This document shows, piece after piece, positions 37,149-46,476 of a stretch of DNA of 64,000 nucleotides. Each line of letters opens with the position of its first letter. Position 1 is the stretch's first letter. Position numbers and translations under genes: made by a program. The DNA is from a virus. The notes beneath the pieces were generated by a model. It did not search any database. It was not told the origin of the DNA and saw only the letters and a program-made list of their open reading frames with translations. The DNA lies in IMG/VR virus record IMGVR_UViG_3300009314_000009, positions 3,981-67,980 of that record, one strand, 5' to 3'.

Positions 37149-38543
37149 TTATACAATAATATCTTCAACAAGATAGACTGTGGGCCATACTCCGATATAT
37201 GGGAAAACCGCCCCTGTTGGTAATGCGTCTGTTAAAACAAATTCAACACCATTAGTTGCTATAAATTTATTCCCGTTAGGATCTGATTGAGTCCATAACC
37301 GAACATCCATGTTCACAAAAGCTAATTCATCTGTATCAAAATCACTGTACATAAACCACGAATAATCACATGGGATATTGAAAGATGCGGGACCCCTTGC
37401 GCCTAAAAATATTTCATCTACCGTACAAGCTCCACCTAATATTGTTGAGTCCTCTTGGCTTGTTCCGTTTACAGTTAATTTTAAAAGGCTTGAGCTAACT
37501 TCTACTGTATAAAATAAATCCACTCCTGTTGATACTGATAAAACCGGAGTCACTGCTTTACTATTATTAGCATCATCATCCCAAAAAACTTGCAAGTTGC
37601 CAGAATTAAATAATAGTCTTAAACTTGTTGCACCTATCCCTGAATTACCAATATCAAATACAGCATCAAACCCACCCGCTGAAGAATCAAGATTTACCAA
37701 CCCTTTAAAATATCTAGTTTTACCGTCTGCTAAATTAGTAGATGTTAAACCGGTTGCTTTTATAATATCATTTCTTAACCTGGTTCGTCCTGTTTTTGGT
37801 GATTCCACAAGATCATCACTGTCTGAAGGTGTGTAATTTGGATATTGAAGAGTTGTTGGTGAAGAGTCTGTTGCCGCGAGATATCTATACTTATCACTTA
37901 AAAAGGTTGCGCCTTTATCAGTGTTGCTTAAGAAATTCCAAAAACCTAATTGATCACTATCACAATTATGTAATAGGAAATCTGGATGTGTTGTTTCGCC
38001 TATACTTGTGCCAATTGTTAATACGTCGAAAGTTGTTCCTGTAAAATCTATAGTTTCATCGTCTGTTGTGTCAATACCATCTATCGTTGCATATATTTTA
38101 TTATTAGCAGAATCAATTCTAAATCCATATACTTTGTTTTCACCAGCCACAAAACTTCCAGTAAAATCAGAAGTTTTTGTACCTGTTAATGCTGATCCTG
38201 CTTGTATCCTCCATCTGTTTCCAGATGCTCGATACATTCCTCGTAGGAATCTTGTTTCTGGATTAGCGCTATCATAAAATGCAAAAAATCTATCATTGTT
38301 TGATACATTAAGTGCTTTTATTTTTATATTGAAATTATCATCAACAGCAGGGTCATAGCTTATATTTTCATTTTTTAATAAATCTACTGGTGTTGTGCTA
38401 TCAAAATTAAGAGGTGCTAATGTGTCAACTGTCACTTTTGTTCCATCACTATAAAGAGCATAACTCATAACAGCTTTTGCTATCCAAAAGCCTTGCCAAA
38501 AGCCTTGCCATGCATCTTGATAAAAACTTTGCCAAAAAGCCAT
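37149..38543 (-). CDS. Virion protein with tandem LamG/concanavalin-like domains
   Basis: Beta-rich, IYATIDG / LKLTVNG...IFLGAR patterns; N-terminal (F/W)Q repeats. Confidence 0.55.
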   Translation of the reverse strand: MAFWQSFYQDAWQGFWQGFWIAKAVMSYALYSDGTKVTVDTLAPLNFDSTTPVDLLKNENISYDPAVDDNFNIKIKALNVSNNDRFFAFYDSANPETRFLRGMYRASGNRWRIQAGSALTGTKTSDFTGSFVAGENKVYGFRIDSANNKIYATIDGIDTTDDETIDFTGTTFDVLTIGTSIGETTHPDFLLHNCDSDQLGFWNFLSNTDKGATFLSDKYRYLAATDSSPTTLQYPNYTPSDSDDLVESPKTGRTRLRNDIIKATGLTSTNLADGKTRYFKGLVNLDSSAGGFDAVFDIGNSGIGATSLRLLFNSGNLQVFWDDDANNSKAVTPVLSVSTGVDLFYTVEVSSSLLKLTVNGTSQEDSTILGGACTVDEIFLGARGPASFNIPCDYSWFMYSDFDTDELAFVNMDVRLWTQSDPNGNKFIATNGVEFVLTDALPTGAVFPYIGVWPTVYLVEDIIV

Positions 38544-38879
38544 TTAAGATAAAACTCCATTTACAAATGCTACAGCATTTGAAGTAGTTGCAATTAATCT
38601 AAAAGCACAACCAGTGAAAATAGTATCTTGGGTACGCTCTGAAACATCACCAGCATCCCAATCTACTGCGTCAATTGAATCAGCTTCAGCTGCTTCGATA
38701 TCCAAAGTGGCTTGGATTTTTGCGGTTCCTCCGCTCCCGGGAACAACTTCTACAGCAGTCACTACAACTCCTGAGGGCATTAAAAACCAATCAGATGGAG
38801 TACCTGCTACAGCAGTAATTTTTTTTCTAACATCAGTTTTGTTGCCGTCTGGTGTTGTTAATCTTACTAATGTTGACAT
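38544..38879 (-). CDS. Small beta-sandwich putative virion protein
   Basis: GTAKIQATLD...W...AFRL pattern; own RBS and promoter. Confidence 0.55.
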   Translation of the reverse strand: MSTLVRLTTPDGNKTDVRKKITAVAGTPSDWFLMPSGVVVTAVEVVPGSGGTAKIQATLDIEAAEADSIDAVDWDAGDVSERTQDTIFTGCAFRLIATTSNAVAFVNGVLS

Positions 38880-38947
38880 GATATTCTCCTTATATGTATC
38901 AAATATATAATTTTTTACTTTTTTCTTTTAGTTTAACCTGTAACTTT

Positions 38948-41512
38948 TTAAGCATTTTCCAATGCTTCAAGTCTCATTTTTAATTTTTTAATTTCTTCAT
39001 TTTGAGCATATACAATATTGTTAATATGGTTCGCTTCAGGATCACCATTAGGATCGTATGTTGCAAAATTAGGCTCAACTAATGCTATATCCTCAGCAAT
39101 GGGACCGTGACCCAGTTCACCAGGTATTAATTCACCATCTTCATCATATGCTTTCATATTAAATGTTTTCAGCTCAATATTATAGATCTTGGAAGTATCC
39201 ATTTCAAGTGGACGTTCATCCATTTTATGTTTGCGGGATGAAGTAGATCTAGTCAAATCACCACCGGCACCAATAACCAGATTTGCGGCAGTTGCAGTTG
39301 TAAATCCGTAAGTGGCTGGTAAAAATACACGCCCATTACCTCTGACTTCTAAGCCCGATATTGCACCCGCATTTCCATATACACGCATCGCATAATATGA
39401 TTGACTTGCGGAAGCTATTTGCGCATATAAACCATTACCTGTTGTATTTGTATTATTAACAGCCATTACTTGAGCACCTGATAAATTCACTGAATGTAGC
39501 AGGTATCCGTTAGCATTTAATGTTGTGCGTATTATTCCATTCGTTGCAAAATTTATTGGTGTATTCTCATAATTCCATAGAATAGCATTATTAGTGTCAT
39601 CATAACCTACCAAAAACCCATTACTGTTTCCCGTACCCGTTGCGGCATCTTGATAGACGGTATAAGCTCCTGTTGAACCATACACAACACTATTAAGCCC
39701 TGTGAGAGTAGGGGCTGTTGCAGTCCCTACTAATAAACGTCCATCCTGAGTTAACCTCATTCTTTCAGTTAATGTAGCTGAATTACCATCAGTTCCTGCA
39801 GCAGTAGTGGTATTAAAGCTTACAACACCATTTGCTTGTGTCACAGCTGAGCCATATCCAGAATCAGATCCTAAAAATTTCCAAGCACCATCAAAATAAA
39901 GATGGTTTGAAAGTATCGAAGATGAAGCAACCGCAGAACCCCATAAAGAGGTATCACGACCTATTTGTAAAGCTCTATAATTACTATCCCAAGTTTTAGG
40001 GGAAGTATTCCCAATAGACAACACACCATCTAATGATAAACGCATTCTTTCAGTAGGGGTGTATATTGTATCAGCAGTGCCAGAAACATCAGAAAGCCAT
40101 CTATGATCTCCTGCCCCTTGTATGTAGATAGAAGCTTCATCTGTGTATTTACGTTTGAAATCTCCGTCATAATAAAAATTTTGGCCAATATAAAATGAAT
40201 TAGCAGCACCACTTGGGTTATTCCCCATCATAGTACCAGCACCAGCCATATCCATTCCAAAAAATGAACCTGAGTAAGCTTTAGGAGTTATGCCATTGAA
40301 AGACATATGTCCAGCAGCACTTATCAATATTCTAGAAAGATTATTGGTCCCAATACGTAAACCTAAGTTTTCAGTGTTCCATAATAAAGTTTCACCTGTT
40401 GAACTTATTCCAACTAAGGAACCATTCCCATCACCTGTCCCCGTAGCTGTATTTTGACAATTCAAATAAGAAGCACTAGCCCCTCCGTATAACACTTGCC
40501 TAACTTCATCACTACTTGGTGCAACGGTGGTGCCAACAAGTAACTTGCCATCATCAGTTAACCTCATTCTTTCAGTGGGTGTGAAACCTATCCCAGCTGT
40601 GACACCTGTATCACTTAACCAAGAATGTACCCCACCTGCTAAAGCATAGAATCCACAATCACCTGAATTTTTAGGCTTGAAAGCCCCATCATAATAAACA
40701 TTATTGGTAAAATAAGTTTCAATTGCACCAGCAACACTATTTTCAGAAGCAATCGCACCAGCAACACCAACTTCAATAGCATTCCAACCAGAATCCCATG
40801 CTTGTGGATTAGTCGCTAAACCTAAATTACCAGATGAATCAAGAATCATTCTTTGAGTAGGAGTGAATCCAATATCGGCTGTGCCAGAAATATCACTGTA
40901 CCATCTGTGGACACCGTCCTTTTGTGTACACATAGAAGTTTCGTCAGTTACTTTGCGTTTATAAGATCCATCATAATAAACATTTTGGCCCAAGTATAAA
41001 GTTGATCCTGCTGATTCTGCTTTAGTAGTAAATAATGAAGCAGTACCACCCACATCAACCCCAAACAATGAAGAATCCCATGATTCAGCAGTTCTTCCTA
41101 AACCTAAATTACCATTCTGATTGTAACAAACATGACGAGCTCCAATCATATTTGTTCCGTCAGAAAGTATGGTCACGCTGTTTCCAGATAATACTGTGGC
41201 AATAGTGCTTCCAGCCAATGTTACTACACCACTTCCACTATTTATTATATTAACACTTCTACCAGAATTTAATTTGTTACTTAAAGTAAGAGTAAAAGTA
41301 CCATTAACAATTATGTTCAAATCACCACCATAGGTGGCAAGATCAATGGTGTCTGCTCCTGTTTTAAATAAATATTTAGGCATTAAACCATCTTCAACAT
41401 TCATCCAAAAATCAGCACCAATCCCTGAACCTCTTACAAGATAAACCGCATCACCTTCTTGACTTTCAGTGGCTTGCGTAAACTCCTTGATTCTTGTTTC
41501 GTCATTAGCCAT
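38948..41512 (-). CDS. Tail fibre with internal repeats and C-terminal intramolecular chaperone (peptidase S74-like)
   Basis: Repeated TERMRL/GNLGLG units; SSRKHK...GPIAEDI...coiled-coil end. Confidence 0.85.
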   Translation of the reverse strand: MANDETRIKEFTQATESQEGDAVYLVRGSGIGADFWMNVEDGLMPKYLFKTGADTIDLATYGGDLNIIVNGTFTLTLSNKLNSGRSVNIINSGSGVVTLAGSTIATVLSGNSVTILSDGTNMIGARHVCYNQNGNLGLGRTAESWDSSLFGVDVGGTASLFTTKAESAGSTLYLGQNVYYDGSYKRKVTDETSMCTQKDGVHRWYSDISGTADIGFTPTQRMILDSSGNLGLATNPQAWDSGWNAIEVGVAGAIASENSVAGAIETYFTNNVYYDGAFKPKNSGDCGFYALAGGVHSWLSDTGVTAGIGFTPTERMRLTDDGKLLVGTTVAPSSDEVRQVLYGGASASYLNCQNTATGTGDGNGSLVGISSTGETLLWNTENLGLRIGTNNLSRILISAAGHMSFNGITPKAYSGSFFGMDMAGAGTMMGNNPSGAANSFYIGQNFYYDGDFKRKYTDEASIYIQGAGDHRWLSDVSGTADTIYTPTERMRLSLDGVLSIGNTSPKTWDSNYRALQIGRDTSLWGSAVASSSILSNHLYFDGAWKFLGSDSGYGSAVTQANGVVSFNTTTAAGTDGNSATLTERMRLTQDGRLLVGTATAPTLTGLNSVVYGSTGAYTVYQDAATGTGNSNGFLVGYDDTNNAILWNYENTPINFATNGIIRTTLNANGYLLHSVNLSGAQVMAVNNTNTTGNGLYAQIASASQSYYAMRVYGNAGAISGLEVRGNGRVFLPATYGFTTATAANLVIGAGGDLTRSTSSRKHKMDERPLEMDTSKIYNIELKTFNMKAYDEDGELIPGELGHGPIAEDIALVEPNFATYDPNGDPEANHINNIVYAQNEEIKKLKMRLEALENA

Positions 41513-41513
41513 T

Positions 41514-42050
41514 TTAGCCTCCTATTCCAATAATTTTTTTACCGGATTCACTTATAATTTTTTTACCAGCAGGATCTTCTTGTATTAAAAAAGATCCTAA
41601 ATAAGCTTTCACACCACCCACACTTATTTCTTCTAATTGTTCTACAGTCACGTCCGCATCAGTTATAGCTACATAGGCTGCGGGTTCTCCTGCGTCCCAT
41701 AAGCCATGTATAGTAGCAACTGTAGCTGCAAATTTATCTAAAAGAGCCCCTTTTAATTGGGTTGTAGTACCACTTTGAGACGCATTGGTAGCAGCTTTAA
41801 CTTCTGTACGCAATTCATCGTCAGTTTTAGTTCCCCTAGCTACATCCCACTTTTTACCCAATATAGTTAATTGATTATTAACTGCATCGTCAACCCAAAA
41901 CCCGTCTTTTATTTCAAAATTTACACCTTGTGAATCATTAAAAACCCGACCAATTACTTTAGCTACAGTTTCAAAATTAGGTTTTCGAAACTGGCTTGAT
42001 AAAGTATCTTTTGCCAGTTCCTCGTTATCAAATTCTTCCAATTCAGCCAT
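41514..42050 (-). CDS. Baseplate wedge protein (DUF2612-like)
   Basis: DAVNNQLTILGK...R...TDDELR...SGT; follows baseplate J. Confidence 0.75.
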   Translation of the reverse strand: MAELEEFDNEELAKDTLSSQFRKPNFETVAKVIGRVFNDSQGVNFEIKDGFWVDDAVNNQLTILGKKWDVARGTKTDDELRTEVKAATNASQSGTTTQLKGALLDKFAATVATIHGLWDAGEPAAYVAITDADVTVEQLEEISVGGVKAYLGSFLIQEDPAGKKIISESGKKIIGIGG

Positions 42051-43501
42051 TATGTACTCACTATAAAAACACGATCAGTCGCGAAATCACCAATCTCACT
42101 AGTGCCAATTGTTAATGTATCTGTTTCCACCCATGAAGGAGTGTCTGCAGGGGCATCTGTTAAAGCATATTCAATTTTAGTCAATATACTACCGGGTACC
42201 TCATAAAAAGGTAGTGTCAATTCAGTTTTTACAATATCATCCCCAAGATCATATCTTGGTTGACAATAATCAACAGTTGCCTGTTTGATTCTGGTATCCC
42301 CATCAGCCGGGTAACTTCCTTCAGGATTGTCTGTGCGGGTAAAACGCACATGAACATATTTAGGATCTGGACGGCTGAAAGGTATTATAAACTCTTGTCC
42401 ATCAATAGGATCAACAGCTGTTCCCGAATACCCCCCACGGCCAAAATATTCAATACCGCCTCCGATAGCATCATATATAGCTTGAGCAATTTCATCTTCA
42501 TCTCCACCTCCAACAACAGTTTCAACTGATTTAGCATTTTGCCCACCAACCACGCCCATAGTTCTATTACTTACTGCAGAAACTGAAGTAACATTATCTA
42601 CTGTTCCAACTAATGTTTCAATAGCTACTTCAGTGGCTAAACCTTTAACCAATTCAGCCCTTCTTCGAATTAATAATTCAGTGTCAGTTTCTTCTTCTTC
42701 CCCTGTAGTACCTGGATCAGGGTTTGTGATTTCTTTCCAACCTGAAACACTAGTTAAAATAACAGATAAAGAAGTGGCTGGACAAGAAAGAGCTCCTGCA
42801 ATATTAGCAATAAAATTCCCGGGGGACCATAATTCATCGAGTGTAAAAGTAACTGACCAACTGGCGTTCATATCAATATCACCGTCAATAGTCAATGTAG
42901 TGTCTCCAGTACGCACCCCGTTTATATCCGAAGGAAAAGCGGCAATTATAGCATCAATAGCATCTGTTTGATCTTCTCCAACACCAGTAGTATGTGTATA
43001 AGGAGTTCCATTGATAGTCACAGTATACGTGTGGCCAGCTCCTGAATTTTCATCAGCTTCCAAAACTAATCTGCGACAAAGCGTTTTGGTGATAGTTACT
43101 TCTTCAGTTAAAGCATATTCAAGATCAGCAGGTGGTAAATAGTCAGGGGCTTGGGTGACTTTGGAATCTATAGGCACGATGGTTCCTTCATCTCCACGCA
43201 ACAACGCATTGTCAACCTGAGTAAAAGTGGCATCACGCCTATATGTTCCTGTTTCAGCAGAAAGTTTGGTGGCAGAATTTCCTGTGGCATTATCAGGATC
43301 TTTTGCCAAATAAACTTCTTCCTGCACATCATCGTTTGTACTAGCCAAACGTGCTAATATGGTAGCAATCTGTCCCCAAGCCCCGGTAGGGTCTAAATCA
43401 ACATCATCGCCTTCTTCTTCTTTTATATATCCTTCAATTAAAGTGAGCCATTCTTCAAAGCTCAACTTTTGATACCCATCATCAGTTAAAGTACCCATCA
43501 T
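42050..43501 (-). CDS. Baseplate J-like protein
   Basis: DPDNATG, GEEEETDTELLIRR, GGDEDEIAQAIY. Confidence 0.88.
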   Translation of the reverse strand: MMGTLTDDGYQKLSFEEWLTLIEGYIKEEEGDDVDLDPTGAWGQIATILARLASTNDDVQEEVYLAKDPDNATGNSATKLSAETGTYRRDATFTQVDNALLRGDEGTIVPIDSKVTQAPDYLPPADLEYALTEEVTITKTLCRRLVLEADENSGAGHTYTVTINGTPYTHTTGVGEDQTDAIDAIIAAFPSDINGVRTGDTTLTIDGDIDMNASWSVTFTLDELWSPGNFIANIAGALSCPATSLSVILTSVSGWKEITNPDPGTTGEEEETDTELLIRRRAELVKGLATEVAIETLVGTVDNVTSVSAVSNRTMGVVGGQNAKSVETVVGGGDEDEIAQAIYDAIGGGIEYFGRGGYSGTAVDPIDGQEFIIPFSRPDPKYVHVRFTRTDNPEGSYPADGDTRIKQATVDYCQPRYDLGDDIVKTELTLPFYEVPGSILTKIEYALTDAPADTPSWVETDTLTIGTSEIGDFATDRVFIVST

Positions 43502-43869
43502 GACTCCTGTGGGAAAACAAAAGTGGCAGGAAAAAGATCAGAACCAGCTTTTATTTCCGTTGTTACAATTAATTTTCTCTCATGAGATTCACCTATGTAT
43601 TCTGTTTCAAATTTTGTAATGGTTTCTACAAAAGGTCTGTTTAAAATAGCTTGTTTCAATATGGCTATTTTAAAATCAAGATCAATATTTTTTTTCACCA
43701 TTATTTGAACCCAGGCAATACCTTGTTCATCATCTAAATAAATCTCAGTTTTATTAGTCTGTAAATAACTATTAATATTTTGTGCAAAAGCTTCTGAATC
43801 AATAACTTTCGGGAAGTTACCCGCTTGTTTCAAAAGATCTCCATCAGCTCCTATTGCTATATTTTTCAT
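43498..43869 (-). CDS. Baseplate gp25-like sheath initiator
   Basis: Position; LQTNKTEIYLDDEQGIAW. Confidence 0.7.
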   Translation of the reverse strand: MKNIAIGADGDLLKQAGNFPKVIDSEAFAQNINSYLQTNKTEIYLDDEQGIAWVQIMVKKNIDLDFKIAILKQAILNRPFVETITKFETEYIGESHERKLIVTTEIKAGSDLFPATFVFPQES

Positions 43870-43871
43870 AA

Positions 43872-44624
43872 TTAACCTTTAATCACGGGGTTCCCAGAAA
43901 CAATTTGGCCCCCAGTTAATGGGATAGGAGCACCCACATATGCCGGTGGGTTTCCTGAAGGCAAAAAAGCTCCTGAAGCTAACATAGCTGCTGCTATAGC
44001 ATTCACGTCAATAATAGATAAAGTGGTGGTCACGGGATCTGTAACCCTAGCCACATCCAAACTGCCTCCATTTAAAACAACATTTGATCCATCTATTTCT
44101 ATAGTAGCAGAACCATTATCAAAAGTTATTTTTCCAGATGAATCAATTGTAATGGTCCCTGAATTATTAGTGATTATAATATTACCATCTTTATCTATAG
44201 ATATTTTGGGAGCGCCACTCAAATCAATACCATCTGGTAACAATCCTCCTAAAACTATAGCATTGGTCAATTGGTGATCACTTAAATCATCAGGAGAAGA
44301 GATTGTTGAGCCGTCACTGGCTTTCCATTCGCCAATACCATAATCAGTAAAACCTACAAGCACATCATCCCCGGGTTGGTATTCAATATCTAAAACGCAA
44401 CTCAGGCCTCCCATAAAAACTACAGGTACATCCGAAATAGTTTTCAATTCAATTTCCTGACCTTTAAAAGTGATATATTTAACCAAAGGAGTTATCTCAG
44501 CGCGTTTATTGTTTTTATCATAACTTTCAATTTTAGCAGGAGTGCAACAATGAACGTCATGAAGCATTCTGCGAACTACTTCAGGAATGACTTGTGCCAT
44601 AGTTTCCATTTCTTTTCCAGACAT
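43872..44624 (-). CDS. Baseplate spike (Gp138-like)
   Basis: PAKIESYD, DVPVVF, PGDDVLVGF, HQLTNAI. Confidence 0.8.
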   Translation of the reverse strand: MSGKEMETMAQVIPEVVRRMLHDVHCCTPAKIESYDKNNKRAEITPLVKYITFKGQEIELKTISDVPVVFMGGLSCVLDIEYQPGDDVLVGFTDYGIGEWKASDGSTISSPDDLSDHQLTNAIVLGGLLPDGIDLSGAPKISIDKDGNIIITNNSGTITIDSSGKITFDNGSATIEIDGSNVVLNGGSLDVARVTDPVTTTLSIIDVNAIAAAMLASGAFLPSGNPPAYVGAPIPLTGGQIVSGNPVIKG

Positions 44625-44625
44625 G

Positions 44626-45483
44626 TCACACTCCTATTGCTTCACCACGGACCACATATGGTGTTGTTCCATAATTAGCCCCGGTAAAAGTACATTTATC
44701 CACTACGTACAACCCGTTTATATCTCTCTTGTTATCTACGTTTACAAATTTATTAGGGATAATCTGTGGGTTTAAAATTGATTTAAAAACAATCTTTCTG
44801 CTAAGTTTTTTCTCTTCTTTTTTTCCTTTATTTTTAGTTGAAACTAATTTAGAAGCGGTTAACAATCCGGTTTCTGGACGTAAATCAGTTGTAGTAACTT
44901 CCTGAGGGTTGGCTTCACTTGAAATGATTAAAGAATCATTATCAATAAAAATGATCAAACCTTCTTTTTCCACAATCTCTTTACAATATCGTAAAGCTTG
45001 TTTTGGGGTACCGGTAAAAACATAACCATTTTTCAAAGTAATACCAGTTACATTTTCAATACCGTATAAAGCCAATCCCATCACATTTGCTATTTCTTGA
45101 ATAGGTCCTGATATTCCTGTGTTGGGTCCGTAAGCAAGTGAAACTGTTACTGATTTTAAATCTATTGAAGAACTTTGAAGGCTATTTGATTCTATATCTA
45201 CATATGTATCATAACCATTATAACCGGGAACTGCTGAAGTGATTTGCCCAATATAAATAACACCGGTGCCTTCATCTTCATAACCAGCCTCTAAAACTAT
45301 GCTTTTGCCTTTTTTTAAAATATTGTTGGTAGTATTTTTGGTCACATTAAAAATACGTATTTTGGCTTTATTAGATTTGAATTGACGATCACGGGTAACT
45401 TCAAAACGTAAATGTAAAGCACTTATTTCTAAAGCTTCGATTAAATCACCGGCCTTCAATATGATCTTTTTCTTATAAGCCAA
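44626..45483 (-). CDS. Baseplate hub protein
   Basis: NKAKIRIFN, LEAGY, IYIGQI, LNPQI. Confidence 0.8.
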   Translation of the reverse strand: MAYKKKIILKAGDLIEALEISALHLRFEVTRDRQFKSNKAKIRIFNVTKNTTNNILKKGKSIVLEAGYEDEGTGVIYIGQITSAVPGYNGYDTYVDIESNSLQSSSIDLKSVTVSLAYGPNTGISGPIQEIANVMGLALYGIENVTGITLKNGYVFTGTPKQALRYCKEIVEKEGLIIFIDNDSLIISSEANPQEVTTTDLRPETGLLTASKLVSTKNKGKKEEKKLSRKIVFKSILNPQIIPNKFVNVDNKRDINGLYVVDKCTFTGANYGTTPYVVRGEAIGV

Positions 45484-45823
45484 CGTTGGTCTCCCAATTG
45501 TTATATTCTTCCTCAGTTATATAAAGAAGGTCCCACCCTTTTCCAAAATTATCATAAGTTATTTCATCACCAATTTCTTTATCAGTTTTCCAAATAATTA
45601 AAGCACCTTTCAAACTGGTAGGTATATTTTCAGTAAGTGGGTACCCGGGGACCCCTTTTATACCAGTAGCTCTTTTGCCAGTATCAGGTTCCAAATATTC
45701 ATTAATCATCCAAAATTCAGTCAAAGTGTTCCAAATAAAACGCAAATTAATACGGATATCCTCAACCAAAAAATTGATTGAGAAATCTGAACTCACATCT
45801 GGAAAAACTGAGATTTTTTCCAT
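45473..45823 (-). CDS. Baseplate protein
   Basis: LRFIWN...FWM, LLYITEEE; position. Confidence 0.65.
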   Translation of the reverse strand: MEKISVFPDVSSDFSINFLVEDIRINLRFIWNTLTEFWMINEYLEPDTGKRATGIKGVPGYPLTENIPTSLKGALIIWKTDKEIGDEITYDNFGKGWDLLYITEEEYNNWETNVGL

Positions 45824-46476
45824 TATGGACCCCCAAAAGATTTGAGTGGCGCTCCCAAATATTCAGGGAATGAAAATGCACTTAATACTCTTCCAGGTCT
45901 CTGTTCTCCTGCATTTGCATTGGGACTTACTCTTTGTTTATCTTTATCTTTTTTTAAATCTTTGGTTTTTGGTCTTTTTATTTGGGTTGCTTCAATATTA
46001 ACTTCTTTCAATTGAACTGTCCGAAACTCTTGGAAATTTATCATGAATCCCTGAGCTTCCCCGGTCTTACCATCTCTTTTAGCTTCTACACTAGTGATTA
46101 TGTAATTTTCATAATATTTCAAAGTTGTTACAATATTAACCGGCTCCGCATTATCTTTATAATATTCAAGCTCATCAAAAACTTCCTGAGCACTATTGCT
46201 GAAAAGCTCCCCTCTTTGTAATCCAAAATTAGTTATGTAACCTTCAATTGAACCTTTTCGTATTTTTTGTTGTATATGATCAGTAAAAGGGCTGCCATCT
46301 TCAACAGGATGAGTTGTTGCTTTAATCTCCCATTTATGTTTTTCTGCTAAAAGAAGATCAAACATAATAATGATATCACCGGTTTCTGAACTATCTATTG
46401 TCATAGCCCGATTACGCCCCAAAAACATTGCGGCATTTGTAGTAAAACTCTCATATCTTCCCGGCACTACAGGCAT
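45823..46476 (-). CDS. Tail tube initiator/Dit-like protein
   Basis: TTHPVEDGSPFTDHI, VTTLKYYEN; follows the tape measure gene. Confidence 0.75.
   Translation of the reverse strand: MPVVPGRYESFTTNAAMFLGRNRAMTIDSSETGDIIIMFDLLLAEKHKWEIKATTHPVEDGSPFTDHIQQKIRKGSIEGYITNFGLQRGELFSNSAQEVFDELEYYKDNAEPVNIVTTLKYYENYIITSVEAKRDGKTGEAQGFMINFQEFRTVQLKEVNIEATQIKRPKTKDLKKDKDKQRVSPNANAGEQRPGRVLSAFSFPEYLGAPLKSFGGP

Noticed and set aside
37143-37151. Stop-codon reassignment or readthrough
   Set aside because: Tandem TAA TAG; all conserved genes are intact in code 11 and all three stops are used as terminators
38948-41512. Diversity-generating retroelement
   Set aside because: No reverse transcriptase; repeats are in-frame protein repeats without adenine-specific TR/VR differences
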